From Chlorokybus atmophyticus (taxonomy: Eukaryota; Plantae; Mesostigma and Chlorokybus algae): a stretch of 64,000 nt of DNA. The notes below the pieces were generated by a model. That model was not told the DNA's origin, did not search any database, and was given only the letters and a program-made list of their open reading frames with translations. Position numbers and translations under genes: made by a program. Location: NCBI GenBank assembly GCA_009103225.1, contig RHPI01003491.1, positions 403,292-467,291 on the forward strand, written 5' to 3'. This document shows, piece by piece, positions 13,930 to 23,630 of the stretch (positions within the stretch are counted from its first letter, which is position 1; each line of letters begins with the position of its first letter).

Positions 13930-14250
13930 TTCCGAGTATGCTCACAAAACGCAATTGGCCATTTTTGATTGGCTCGTGAAGCTGAGACACTATGTCAACT
14001 CCCTTCGTAATTCTGAGGATGGGACGTTGCGTGTGGCTGAGTTGCGCATTCCAGATGATGCTCTCTCAGAGTGGCATTGCCGCAAACAATGCGACGCGAA
14101 CCTCGAGCGGGAAGTGAGCCACTTGTGCGCTTTTATGGAGCAGCGCTATGGTGGCACCAACCCGCTCAACAAGCTTGCAACAAACTTCACAATGTGCGAT
14201 AGAATGGCCATGCTGTTCAGTATCACATTTGAGACTTGCAATTCGGTATC
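13930..14250 (+). pseudogene. Gypsy gag relic (family also at 39.4-41.2 kb and 62.3-64 kb)
   Basis: AIFDWLVKLRHYVNSL...LRVAEL.IP.DAL.EW matches the translation at 62,290-62,440. Confidence 0.75.
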
Positions 14251-14587
14251 AGCAAACTCAATGTCGGCAAGTTGCCAATTAGTAAAGTTGAGTTCGACAT
14301 GTTGTCGTGCCTGCCATGGTCGAGGGCAACCTTGTCTCGGACAGGCTGCGGAGGAGTGCTAGTGCTGCACGCATGCTAGTGCCGTGCATTGCATTGGAGT
14401 CATGCAAGCAAAAGACAACCCCCCAATCGTGGGCATAGGCTTGAAGATGAGCCTACGCGGTGTTCAGTGCAGTGGACGAGCCGATGCCGCTTGCCACCTT
14501 TGTGTACGGACTGTGTCCTAGTGCACACAGTCAACAAGCCACCCCCCCTGAGATTCTGGGGTAGCCCTCTGCTCCAGAACTCAGTTC

Positions 14588-16189
14588 CTATCGACTGTGT
14601 GGGGGACCGTTGATGCGGCAGTCATCGCACCAGTACTCCCACAAGGGTACTGCGTCCAGTGGAGGGTCAAGGCAGTAGCAGTGCATGCCTTGATTACAGC
14701 CGTCGCATAACATCATCAATGGGTCGTCGTCGGCGCTGCCACACTTCTCGCATCGGGTGCTGCGCAGCGGACGCGGGTGCTGGATCTTGGTGAAGCCAGC
14801 AATGTAGGGGAGATGACAGGGCGCACAGTTGACCATGTTGTCCTTCATGCGCTCGCCTCGTTGTCCCAACAGGTCCAGTACCCCTGTGGGGTGCACCTTC
14901 AATACCTTGTAGACAGCACGCCCGACGGAGGTATCGAGGGTGTCGCGTGTAGACGCCATACGGTAGACGAAGTCTCCTGACTCGAAGCGGCGCTCCCGCT
15001 CCTTGTAGAAACCACTGCGCACACGCTCGTAACGCAGCGTGTCGCGGTGCTGCGCGATGCGCAGGTTGTTGAAGGCCATGGGGACTGTGTGTTCGAACAG
15101 CGCACTGCGCACTGTCAGATCATACAACATCTCGTCGGGGTTGTCGAGATTGTCCACCACTCTGTCGACCTCCTGCTGTGCGCGGAAAGGGAGCAATGGC
15201 TGCCTTCCGAACAGTAGATAGTATGGGCTGTACTCTCGCAGGGCTGCCTGCTTGGACAGCCGGTAGCCCATTGCTACCCATGGGAGGTGATCATCCCAGG
15301 TATTCTTCTTGTAGGCGAGGACGTACTTGCGCAGTGCCTTCTTGATGGTCTGCACGGTACGCTCGGCGAGGCCGTCGGCCTGCGGGTGGTTGCGTGAGTT
15401 GCGACGGTGGTCGATGAAGCATCTGTCGATAAGCTTGTCGAAGGCTCCTCTAAACTCCGTGCCCTGGTCGGTGATGACTTCAGCGCAGCTGCCGAAGCGT
15501 CCGAGTACATGGGAGAGGAAAGCCTGGGCTACTCCCTCACTGCTCTTGTCGGGCAGGGGCACCAGCCCACCCACTTGGAGAAGTGCTCGATCATGACGAG
15601 GATGTAGCGGTTGCCTCGCGCTGAGGGCGCTAGGTCTCCGAGGATGTCCAGTCCCCAGCGGTAGAACAACCCGAAAATGGGAAGGGGATGCAAGGTGGCG
15701 TTGCGCATGTTGAGGCTGGCGCGAACCATGTCACACTGCTGACAGTTGCTGACGAACTCCCGCACCTGTCTGTGCACCCTATACCACCAGTACTGGGTCC
15801 TGACCAGGCTTACCGTGCGCTTGACACCGAAGTGCCCGAGCTCGGTGTGAAGGGAGGAGATGATGCCTTCACGTGCAGCTGGTGTGGGGACCTCCTGATC
15901 TGCATCTTGCATTCGTTGATACAGCCTGTCGTTGGCCCAGCGGTAACGCTGAGTGCGTTGCCGGACGCGGTCCTTCTCGCGTGCGCTCATGCCTGCTGAT
16001 AGTTGTCTAGTCTGAAGCAGTGCGAGGGATGGCTCGTCCAGCCAGATGTCTTGTCGTGTGTCGGTGGGTGCCAGCTCTTCATCATCCACCTCAGGGTCGG
16101 CAGCGATCGCTTCTTCTGATAAAGGATCTGTGGTGGTGATGGCGGGCTCGAGAGCGGGCATGTCCCCGTCTGCTGCTGCCTCAGCGATC
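14588..16189 (-). pseudogene. Gypsy integrase plus C-terminal PHD finger (frameshift near 15570)
   Basis: HTELGHFG...CQQC zinc finger, WGLDILG, ITDQGTEF, DGLAERTVQ; PHD CEKC...LCDGCNQGMHCYCLDPPLDAVPLWEYWCDDC (C4HC3). A 1-nt deletion at KWV(E)LVPLP splits ORFs 15529-16269 and 14588-15574. Confidence 0.92.
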
Positions 16190-19100
16190 TGTTGAAGGAC
16201 TAGCATGCACATGTAGCTGAGGCAAGCATAGATGCACAGAGACAGAGCTACCGCCACCAGAGCATACACAAGTCACATCACATTCATCTATTACAAGTTG
16301 TCCGCTGGTTCTTATACCAGCCAGTTACACACACGTCTACGTTTGCAAGCACTGCGTAAGCTATACTCAGCCTTTTGACGCGCTCTAAGCTGTGTTGTCT
16401 TCCTTACAACCAGAGCTTTCCAACAAGCTCTTACACGCCTAATATGAGTAAGTATACGCGGAGATATGAAGCAGTTAGTAAGGCTCCAGTCTGGAGTCCG
16501 GAGTCTGGTCCGACGATGCCATCTTGCTAAGTCCGGACCTAGTGCTCGTCCTTACGACCTTCTACTCCTGTGTGGAGGGTCGATGCTGATCGTATGTAGG
16601 AATACTCTCAACACTCCCACGCGAGCAGCTTGACCTCCAACGCTTGCTCCTGTAGTCAAACACAGATGCCAAGTCCTGCACAACAAGTCTTGAACTTGAG
16701 TGGTGACAATGGCTTTGTCATGAAGTCCGCCAGCATGCCCTCGGTGTTGCAGTACTGGAACTCCACCTCCTTCCTTGTGACTCTGTCACGCACAAAGTGA
16801 TGCATGACATCAATGTGCTTCGTCCTTGCCGAGGCGATAGGGTGCTTCAACAACTTGATGGCTCCTTGGTTGTCACAGTTGATGACGATGCACGCCATGG
16901 GGTGCTCCAAGTCTGCCATGAGCTTGCGAAGCCAGAGTGCCTCCTTCACTGCTGCTGCCGCTGCCATGTACTCAGCCTCTGATGTAGATGCTGCTGTTGT
17001 TGGCTGCAGCCTGCTGTTCCAGCTCACCACGCCTCCGTTCAGCTTGAAGACGTAGCCTGTAGTGGACCTCCTGCTGTTGAGGTCACCAGCAAAGTCCGAG
17101 TCGCAGTAGCCCTCCAACTCAGTGCTCCCGCTCCCAAACTTGATGCCAACTGTTGCGCTCCCAGCAACATAGCGTAGTACTCCCTTTGCTGCTCTCCAGT
17201 GCTCCATGCTCGGTGCAGACATGTAGCGAGCAAGTACTCCCACAGCATGTGCAACATCGGGACGTGTGCACACTGCCAGATAGAGCATGCTGCCTACCAG
17301 CTCACCATATGGATACTGAGCCTTGTCGAGTACCTCCTCATCCTTTGCCTTGATGAGGGCAGTGCCAAGTGCCAACGGTGTGGTCTTGGTCTTCGCTTCA
17401 GTGAGCCCAAACTTGGTGACGAGTCTTCTCACCATCTGCTCCTGACTGATCTTGATTGTGCGAGCCGCCCTGTCGCGCTCAATCACCATGCCAAGGAACC
17501 ACTTGGCCTCTCCAAGATCACGAACTGAGAATGCTTGCTGTAGAGCAAGTTTCGTCTCCTGCAGGTGGTGCACCTGCCTGGCGGTGATGATGATATCATC
17601 AACATACACGAGCAGCCAGACCTTGTTGTCTGCATGGATGAAGAGCCCAGGGTCTGCAGAGGATGCGGTGAAGCCAAGTGCCTCCAGCTCCTTGGTGAGC
17701 TTGATGTGCCACATACGCGGTGCCTGTCGCAGCCCGTACAGTGCCTTGATCAGCTTGCACGCTGTGCCTCTCTCCCCTTCTTCATATCCAGGTGGTTGCT
17801 CGATGAAGATCTCCTCCTCCAGCTCTCCGTAGAGGAAGGCAGTCTTCACATCCAGGTGATGCAGCTCTAGGTCTTCAGCAGCAACCATAGCTAGCAGTGC
17901 ACGGAAGGTGGTATGCTTACTTGCAGGTGCAAACACTTCGTTGAAGTCCACACCTTCCTGCTGCAAGAAGCCCTTTGCCACCAGTCTTGCCTTGTAGCGC
18001 TCAATGTTGCCCTGACCATCACGCTTCACCTTGAAGACCCATTTCACTGGAATGGTCTTCACTCCTTGCGGTAACTGCTCCAGTGACCAAGTGTTGTTGG
18101 CATGGAGTGACGCAATCTCCTCGTCCATAGCACGCTGCCATTGCTCCGCATCTGGTGCTAACAATGCCTCCTCGTAGGTGCTTGGCTCCTCATTCTGCAC
18201 ACTGGCGACGTGTGCCTTGTGTAGGAAGTCAGGTGCCTTTCTCTCCCTCACTGGGTATCTCCGAGCTGCGTGCTCCTGCTGCAGGTGCGACTGCTTGTCT
18301 GCTACAGTGGAGTCCTGCTCACCCTTATCGTCGATGATGGCCTTGCCTGTAGCCTCCACTGTTTCAGGATGCTCCGGCTGTGCTTCATCTTCAGGAAAGA
18401 AGCCTGCTTCTGGTTGTGATAATCCCTCGTGGAAAACCACCTCTCTGCTCACGATGATCTTCTGAGTGTCCTCGAGCAAGATCCTGTAAGCCTTGGAACC
18501 CGGTTCATAGCCAACGAAGATGCCCTTCTTGCTGACCGGCTCCAGCTTGTGCCTGAGCTGTTTAGGCACTAGTGCATATGCCGTGCATCCAAACACACGC
18601 ATACCACTCACATCTGGTGTGGCTCCATAGAAGTGCTCCCACGGAGTCTTCTGCTCTGAGCTCACCGGAGACCTGTTGCGGATGTAGTTGGCAGTGAGTA
18701 CCGCCTCCTTCCACAAACTGTCTTCCATCTTTGTGTCGTTGAGCATAGCTCGAACACGCTCCAAGAGTGTCCTGTTGAGGCGTTCAGCTGCTCCATTCTG
18801 CTGCGGGGTGTAAGGTGCCGTTGTCTCGTGGCGTATGCCCTTGCTGGCGAAGAACTCCTTCAACTCCTTGTTGATGTACTCCCCTCCTCGATCACTCCTC
18901 ATTGCCTTCATCTTGTTGCCAGACTGGGTCTCCAACAAGGCCACGACTGTGCGCACAGCTCCAGCAACTTCTGACTTGAGCGTCAATGGAAAGATGATGG
19001 ACAGCTTGCTGTAGTCGTCGAGGAACGTAGCAAAGTACCTGGCCCCTCCCTTCGCCACAATGCGCATAGGGCCACAGACATCCATGTGCACAAGCTCGCA

Positions 19101-21094
19101 AGGATGCTGACTGCTAGAAGAGGATGATGGGAATGGCATAGCATGCTGCTTTGCAACCAGACATGGTTCACAAAGTGCACCTGATGCTGTCTTGAGTTCT
19201 TCTGTGCTGAGATGGATGCCCTTGACCATCTTCTCAGCGACAAGGCGAGTGAGGTTGACGTAGCTGAGATGCCCGAACCTTCGATGCCACAATGTTGGCG
19301 ACTCCTTGTCCTTCACCACCATGGCTTGAATGTCTCTGTCTTGAGGCTGCTCCACGTGGTAGAGCCCTCCCGGATCAGCGATTCCAACCATGTGCACGAC
19401 CCCATCAAGGATGACTGAGCAGCCACCCTTCCGAAATAGGATCTCCGCGCCTAAGCGCTCCGCAACCCTCACAGAGAATAGACTCGCAATAGCCTTAGGA
19501 ACATGCAGGACGTTGCGTAACAACACCTCGCGTAGTGTGTTACCAACCTTGCACTGGAGTCGTACGTCGCCAACTCCCTCAGCCACCAGTACTTCGCCAC
19601 CGAAGCCCGCCACCTTGATTGTGGACGTCAGCTTCCTGTAGCCCTCCATCACCTCCTTGTTTGGTGTGAGATGACGATCGCAGCCAGAGTCCACCACCCA
19701 GAAAGCTGTGCCCGCCCTCGAACTGGATGCAGTGAAGGCGACATGTTTCTCCTTGTGTTGGTGCTCGTTGCCGCTGTTGCTGGTGCTTGCTCTAGGTTGC
19801 CCCTGTTGTTTCTTCCTACAGTCCTTCACAATGTGCCCCTTCCAACCACACCAGTGGCATGTGAGGTCTTTGTGACGAGGATTGCCTGGCTTGTTGCCCT
19901 TGTACTTCTCTTCATGGTTGCTCTTCTTTGCGTGCTTGCCGGTGTAGAAGGCGACGGCATCCGCTTGCTCGTCCTTCTTCACAACCCTCTGCTCCACGGT
20001 GAGCAGCTTCGGTAGCACATCGTCCAACGTCAACTCCGATGATGACGTCTCCAGCAGGGTTGCGACGACCTCGTACTCTGCTGGTAGCCCTGCAACAATG
20101 GCCAGCACTACCTCCGTCTCCCCCATGTTGTGGCCGACGTTGATGAGGTCCGCCCACAGCTCTCTCGCGCGCGCAACATACTTTGTGATGGGTTCTGCTG
20201 CCTCCTTCCTGAGTGCGCTGAGCTGCTTGCGTAGATGCAACTTTCTGGCATTGTTCTTGGCTCTGAAAACGGCTGATAGCTTTTCCCAAGCTTGTCTACC
20301 ATCTTCACATGCAGTGAGCATGGGAAAGTGATGCGGTTTGCTGTTCAACACAAGCAAAGAGTGTGCTTCTGCTGAATGCTCTGACCACACAGTGTTCGCT
20401 CCTGGTGTTGGTGGTGGTGCCTTCGGATCAACGTACTTCCACACCTTCTTGTGGATGAGCAAGGCCTTCATCTCCACGCACCATGTGTTGTAGTTGTCGG
20501 TGTCCAGCTTTGCAATCTGCCCCTTGTCGTAGGTCGCCTCCATTTCTGTCGAGCCTGCCTTTCTTGCAGTTGACACCCAAGGCTCTGCTACCAACAAGCT
20601 ACCGTAGTGTAGAACTACTATGCACACAAGCTAGTCTCACACTCCTCAAGCGTAGTGTGGGCCCATAACCTGTTGAAGGACTAGCATGCACATGTAGTTG
20701 AGGCAAGCATAGACACACAGAGACAGAGCTACCGCCACCAGAGCATACACAAGTCACATCACATTCATCTATTACAAGTTGTCCGCTGGTTCTTATACCA
20801 GCCAGTTACACACACGTCTACGTTTGCAAGCACTGCGTAAGCTATACTCAGCCTTTTGACGCGCTCTAAGCTGTGTTGTCTTCCTTACAACCAGAGCTTT
20901 CCAACAAGCTCTTACACGCCTAATATGAGTAAGTATACGCGGAGATATGAAGCAGTTAGTAAGGCTCCAGTCTGGAGTCCGGAGTCTGGTCCGACGATGC
21001 CATCTTGCTAAGTCCGGACCTAGTGCTCGTCCTTACGACCTTCTACTCCTGTGTGGAGGGTCGATGCTGATCGTATGTAGGAATACTCTCAACA
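16190..21094 (-). mobile_element. Young full-length Ty1/copia element, copy 1
   Basis: 424-bp LTRs at 16190-16613 and 20671-21094 (TG...CA; about 3 differences seen), 5-bp TSD CGATC (16185-16189 and 21095-21099), PBS GGTTATGGGCCCA, PPT GTGGGAG. Confidence 0.98.
16656..20543 (-). CDS. Copia Gag-Pol polyprotein (uninterrupted)
   Basis: Likely start MEATYDK at 20543; CHWCGWKGHIVKDC knuckle, WVVDSGC protease, WHRRFGH/CEPC, HMDVCGP-RSDRGGEY-NGAAER integrase, YVDDII RT, YCDSDFAGD...CDNQGAI RNase H. Confidence 0.97.
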   Translation of the reverse strand: MEATYDKGQIAKLDTDNYNTWCVEMKALLIHKKVWKYVDPKAPPPTPGANTVWSEHSAEAHSLLVLNSKPHHFPMLTACEDGRQAWEKLSAVFRAKNNARKLHLRKQLSALRKEAAEPITKYVARARELWADLINVGHNMGETEVVLAIVAGLPAEYEVVATLLETSSSELTLDDVLPKLLTVEQRVVKKDEQADAVAFYTGKHAKKSNHEEKYKGNKPGNPRHKDLTCHWCGWKGHIVKDCRKKQQGQPRASTSNSGNEHQHKEKHVAFTASSSRAGTAFWVVDSGCDRHLTPNKEVMEGYRKLTSTIKVAGFGGEVLVAEGVGDVRLQCKVGNTLREVLLRNVLHVPKAIASLFSVRVAERLGAEILFRKGGCSVILDGVVHMVGIADPGGLYHVEQPQDRDIQAMVVKDKESPTLWHRRFGHLSYVNLTRLVAEKMVKGIHLSTEELKTASGALCEPCLVAKQHAMPFPSSSSSSQHPCELVHMDVCGPMRIVAKGGARYFATFLDDYSKLSIIFPLTLKSEVAGAVRTVVALLETQSGNKMKAMRSDRGGEYINKELKEFFASKGIRHETTAPYTPQQNGAAERLNRTLLERVRAMLNDTKMEDSLWKEAVLTANYIRNRSPVSSEQKTPWEHFYGATPDVSGMRVFGCTAYALVPKQLRHKLEPVSKKGIFVGYEPGSKAYRILLEDTQKIIVSREVVFHEGLSQPEAGFFPEDEAQPEHPETVEATGKAIIDDKGEQDSTVADKQSHLQQEHAARRYPVRERKAPDFLHKAHVASVQNEEPSTYEEALLAPDAEQWQRAMDEEIASLHANNTWSLEQLPQGVKTIPVKWVFKVKRDGQGNIERYKARLVAKGFLQQEGVDFNEVFAPASKHTTFRALLAMVAAEDLELHHLDVKTAFLYGELEEEIFIEQPPGYEEGERGTACKLIKALYGLRQAPRMWHIKLTKELEALGFTASSADPGLFIHADNKVWLLVYVDDIIITARQVHHLQETKLALQQAFSVRDLGEAKWFLGMVIERDRAARTIKISQEQMVRRLVTKFGLTEAKTKTTPLALGTALIKAKDEEVLDKAQYPYGELVGSMLYLAVCTRPDVAHAVGVLARYMSAPSMEHWRAAKGVLRYVAGSATVGIKFGSGSTELEGYCDSDFAGDLNSRRSTTGYVFKLNGGVVSWNSRLQPTTAASTSEAEYMAAAAAVKEALWLRKLMADLEHPMACIVINCDNQGAIKLLKHPIASARTKHIDVMHHFVRDRVTRKEVEFQYCNTEGMLADFMTKPLSPLKFKTCCAGLGICV

Positions 21095-22560
21095 CGATCT
21101 AAGTCCTGCGTCCTGAGCGTAGCGCAGCGACAGCCAACATGGTGGCCACACCTGAAGGTGCAGCTGTAGGACCCAACTCATGTCGGGCGCCTGTGGCGTC
21201 GTCGGTGCTGAGGTGGGGTTTACGGCTGAGGCCATCCGCATCCTGGTTGGCAAGGCCTGCGCGGTGTTCCACCTCGAAGTCGTACTCCTGGAGCAGCAGC
21301 GCCCATCGTGCTAACTTGCCTGTCAAGTGCTGGTTGTTCATTAGCCACTTGAGGGGTTGATGGTCAGTGACCAGTTGGAACTCCCGTCCAAACAGGAAGG
21401 GTCGGAAGAAGGAGATGGCCCACACTGCGGCGGGACACTCCCCTTCGTAGCTGCTGTAGTTGGCCTCAGCACTGTTGTTGCTGCGGCTGGCGTACGACAC
21501 TACGCGCTCCTTCTTGTTGTTGTCGTGCTGTACGAGCACGGCCCCCATGCCGAGCTTGCTCCAGTCTGTGTGCAGGATGAACGACCTGGTGTAGTCAGGG
21601 CGTTGCAGAATGGGAGCTGTGGTAAGGCGGACCTTCAGCTCCTGAAAGGCCTCCTGTTGTGCCTCCTTCCACAAGAACTCGGTGTCCTTCTTCAGTAGTT
21701 CGTTGAGAGGCCTTGCGATCTTGGCAAACTCCTTGACAAACCGGCGGTAATAGTTGGCAAGGCCAAGGAAGGCCCGCAGCCGAGTGAGGTCTGTGGGGGC
21801 AGGGATAGCCACCAGTGCCTCCACTTTGGCCTGCTGTACGTACACACCATGGGGCACAATCATGTGTCCTAGGTAGGGTACGTTGTGGGTGAAGAAGGTG
21901 CACTTGTCAGGGTGCACCGTCATCCCGACTTCCTTCAGCCTCTGTAGCACCTCTTCGAGGTGCTGGAGATGCTCCTCATTGCTGTGACTGAAGAGGAGGA
22001 TGTCGTCAATGTAGCAGCGTGCGAAGTCCAACCCCTTGAGGGCTTTGTCCATGACGCGCTGGAACTTGGCCGGAGCGTTCTTCAGTCCGAAGGGCATGAC
22101 CTTCCACTGGTACAGCTGCCGGTTTCCCCAGAAGAAAGTTTTGTGCTTGTCCTCCTCCTTGATGGCGATCTGGTTGTACCCTTGACGCATATCCAGGATA
22201 CTAAAGACCGTGCAGTCTCCTACATCGTCAAAGATGACTTCTGCGGTAGGCATTGGAGACCTGTCCTGCTTGGTCTTGTTGTTGAGGGGGCGATAGTTGC
22301 CAGACATGCGCCGGTCTGTCCAGTTGCCTGCTGAATCTTTCTTCAGGGGCATGACGGTCGCAGCCGCAAAGTCCGATGTGGACTCCTCGATCAGGCCTGC
22401 ATCTAGCAGCGCCTTGCACCTCTGTTCCACCAAATCTTCTTCTAGCTTGGAGAGGCGGTACTGTCTTCTGAATACCGGTTCGGTGTCCACTAGTTGAATG
22501 TCCATCTGGTATGCTGAGAGATGCCCAGCTCCTTCACACTGAAGCTGAATTGGCTCCTCC
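21095..22560 (-). pseudogene. Gypsy reverse transcriptase and RNase H of the DNMT element
   Basis: FRRQYRLS, LDMRQGYNQI, MPFGLKNAPAKFQR, CYIDDILLFS, FILHTDWS, YEGECPA, LVTDHQPLKWL, NQDADGLSR. Frameshift near 22510; TAG at 21099-21101 sits in frame with the downstream integrase linker. Confidence 0.93.
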
Positions 22561-22779
22561 ACTTGTTGAGGAGAGCCTCGAGTTGCTCTCGAGTCTGGCC
22601 TGTGGCCAGCGATCCAATGGCGTGGAACCACGAGGTAGCGTTGGCGACCACTGGAATGTCTTCCACAGTGACTGCTGCCTGCTCCTCCATGTGGGCGGTC
22701 TCGAGGGCGGTGTGTGCTGCTTTGGTCTCTGAAAAGCGAGCAATCCACCCCCCAGCCAGGTGTTCGAGCTCCTGGAAGG

Positions 22780-23630
22780 ACACATGGCGGTCCTGGAGAG
22801 CAAAGCACATTTCCAAGTACCACACCATGCTGTTCTGATCCATGGCGCGCCCTAACAACTGACACTGTTGACTGGTTGTTAGCGTGGAGCCTGTGATGCT
22901 GCCTGGAAAGAATCCCATAGCACGCTCGCGCTCACGAGCATTGGGTTCTTCCAGCTGTCCAGTGTTGGAGTCTAACACCATGCCGTCGCCTCCATTGCGG
23001 AATGCGTAGGAGCCCGGATAGGATACAAGTGTGGGTAGTGCGCGGCGCGGCTGAGTGGTGGTGGTCAAGGCGTGTGACCGGTTGCGCTGTGCGTCCAGGG
23101 TCCAGGATGTCATCGACGACGAGATTCCGTGGCCGATTGCTGTATTGGTACTCTGCCAGAAACAGGTCCTCCACAATGGCCAGGTTGGTCCACTTGGCGC
23201 GGACGCGGTGTGCGCGTGATCCATGACGCGCGGCGTTGATTTTGAGAGGATGCCCCAGCAAGGAGCATACTTGTCGATAGGCCTTGGCGACGTGATGCCG
23301 CTTGTCATCCTCAGAGTGCACATTCTCGACGACGTAGCCCAAGGGCCTAGCGACCTGACTGGTCTGCAAGAGTTTTATGACTCTCATCAGCTCCCAGAAC
23401 AGCTGTGAGCGAGGATCAGAGAGCCATTGGCCTCTGCCTGCCTTGGAGTGCCCTTGACACTCCCATCATGCTATCAGCAGGTCAATGTTGCCGACTGCCT
23501 GCAGGTGATCCTTGGTAATCCAGCGGATGTTCTGCGGCAGAGCCTTCTGGCTCCCTTGCAGTGCCGACAGCGGTAGCTGCTGCGGGTAGCGCTGGTGCAG
23601 CTGTCGTAAATGATGGCTCAGAGCCTCCTG
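22780..23630 (-). pseudogene. C5 cytosine DNA methyltransferase domain, motifs IV-X, inside gypsy pol
   Basis: IDLLIA*WECQGHSKAG (motif IV, catalytic Cys kept, preceding Gly codon mutated to TGA), DPRSQLFWEL, YVVENV (VI), SRAHRVRAKWTN (VIII), EPNARERERAMGF (IX), QLLGRAMD (X). One frameshift near 23040. Confidence 0.9.

Noticed and set aside
1437-23470. Genome-wide TGA or TAG reassignment or selenocysteine, suggested by in-frame stops in the F-box and DNMT sequences
   Set aside because: ARP2, copia pol and DIRS RT end at TGA and SHMT ends at TAG at the expected C-termini; the stop-containing genes also show other decay.
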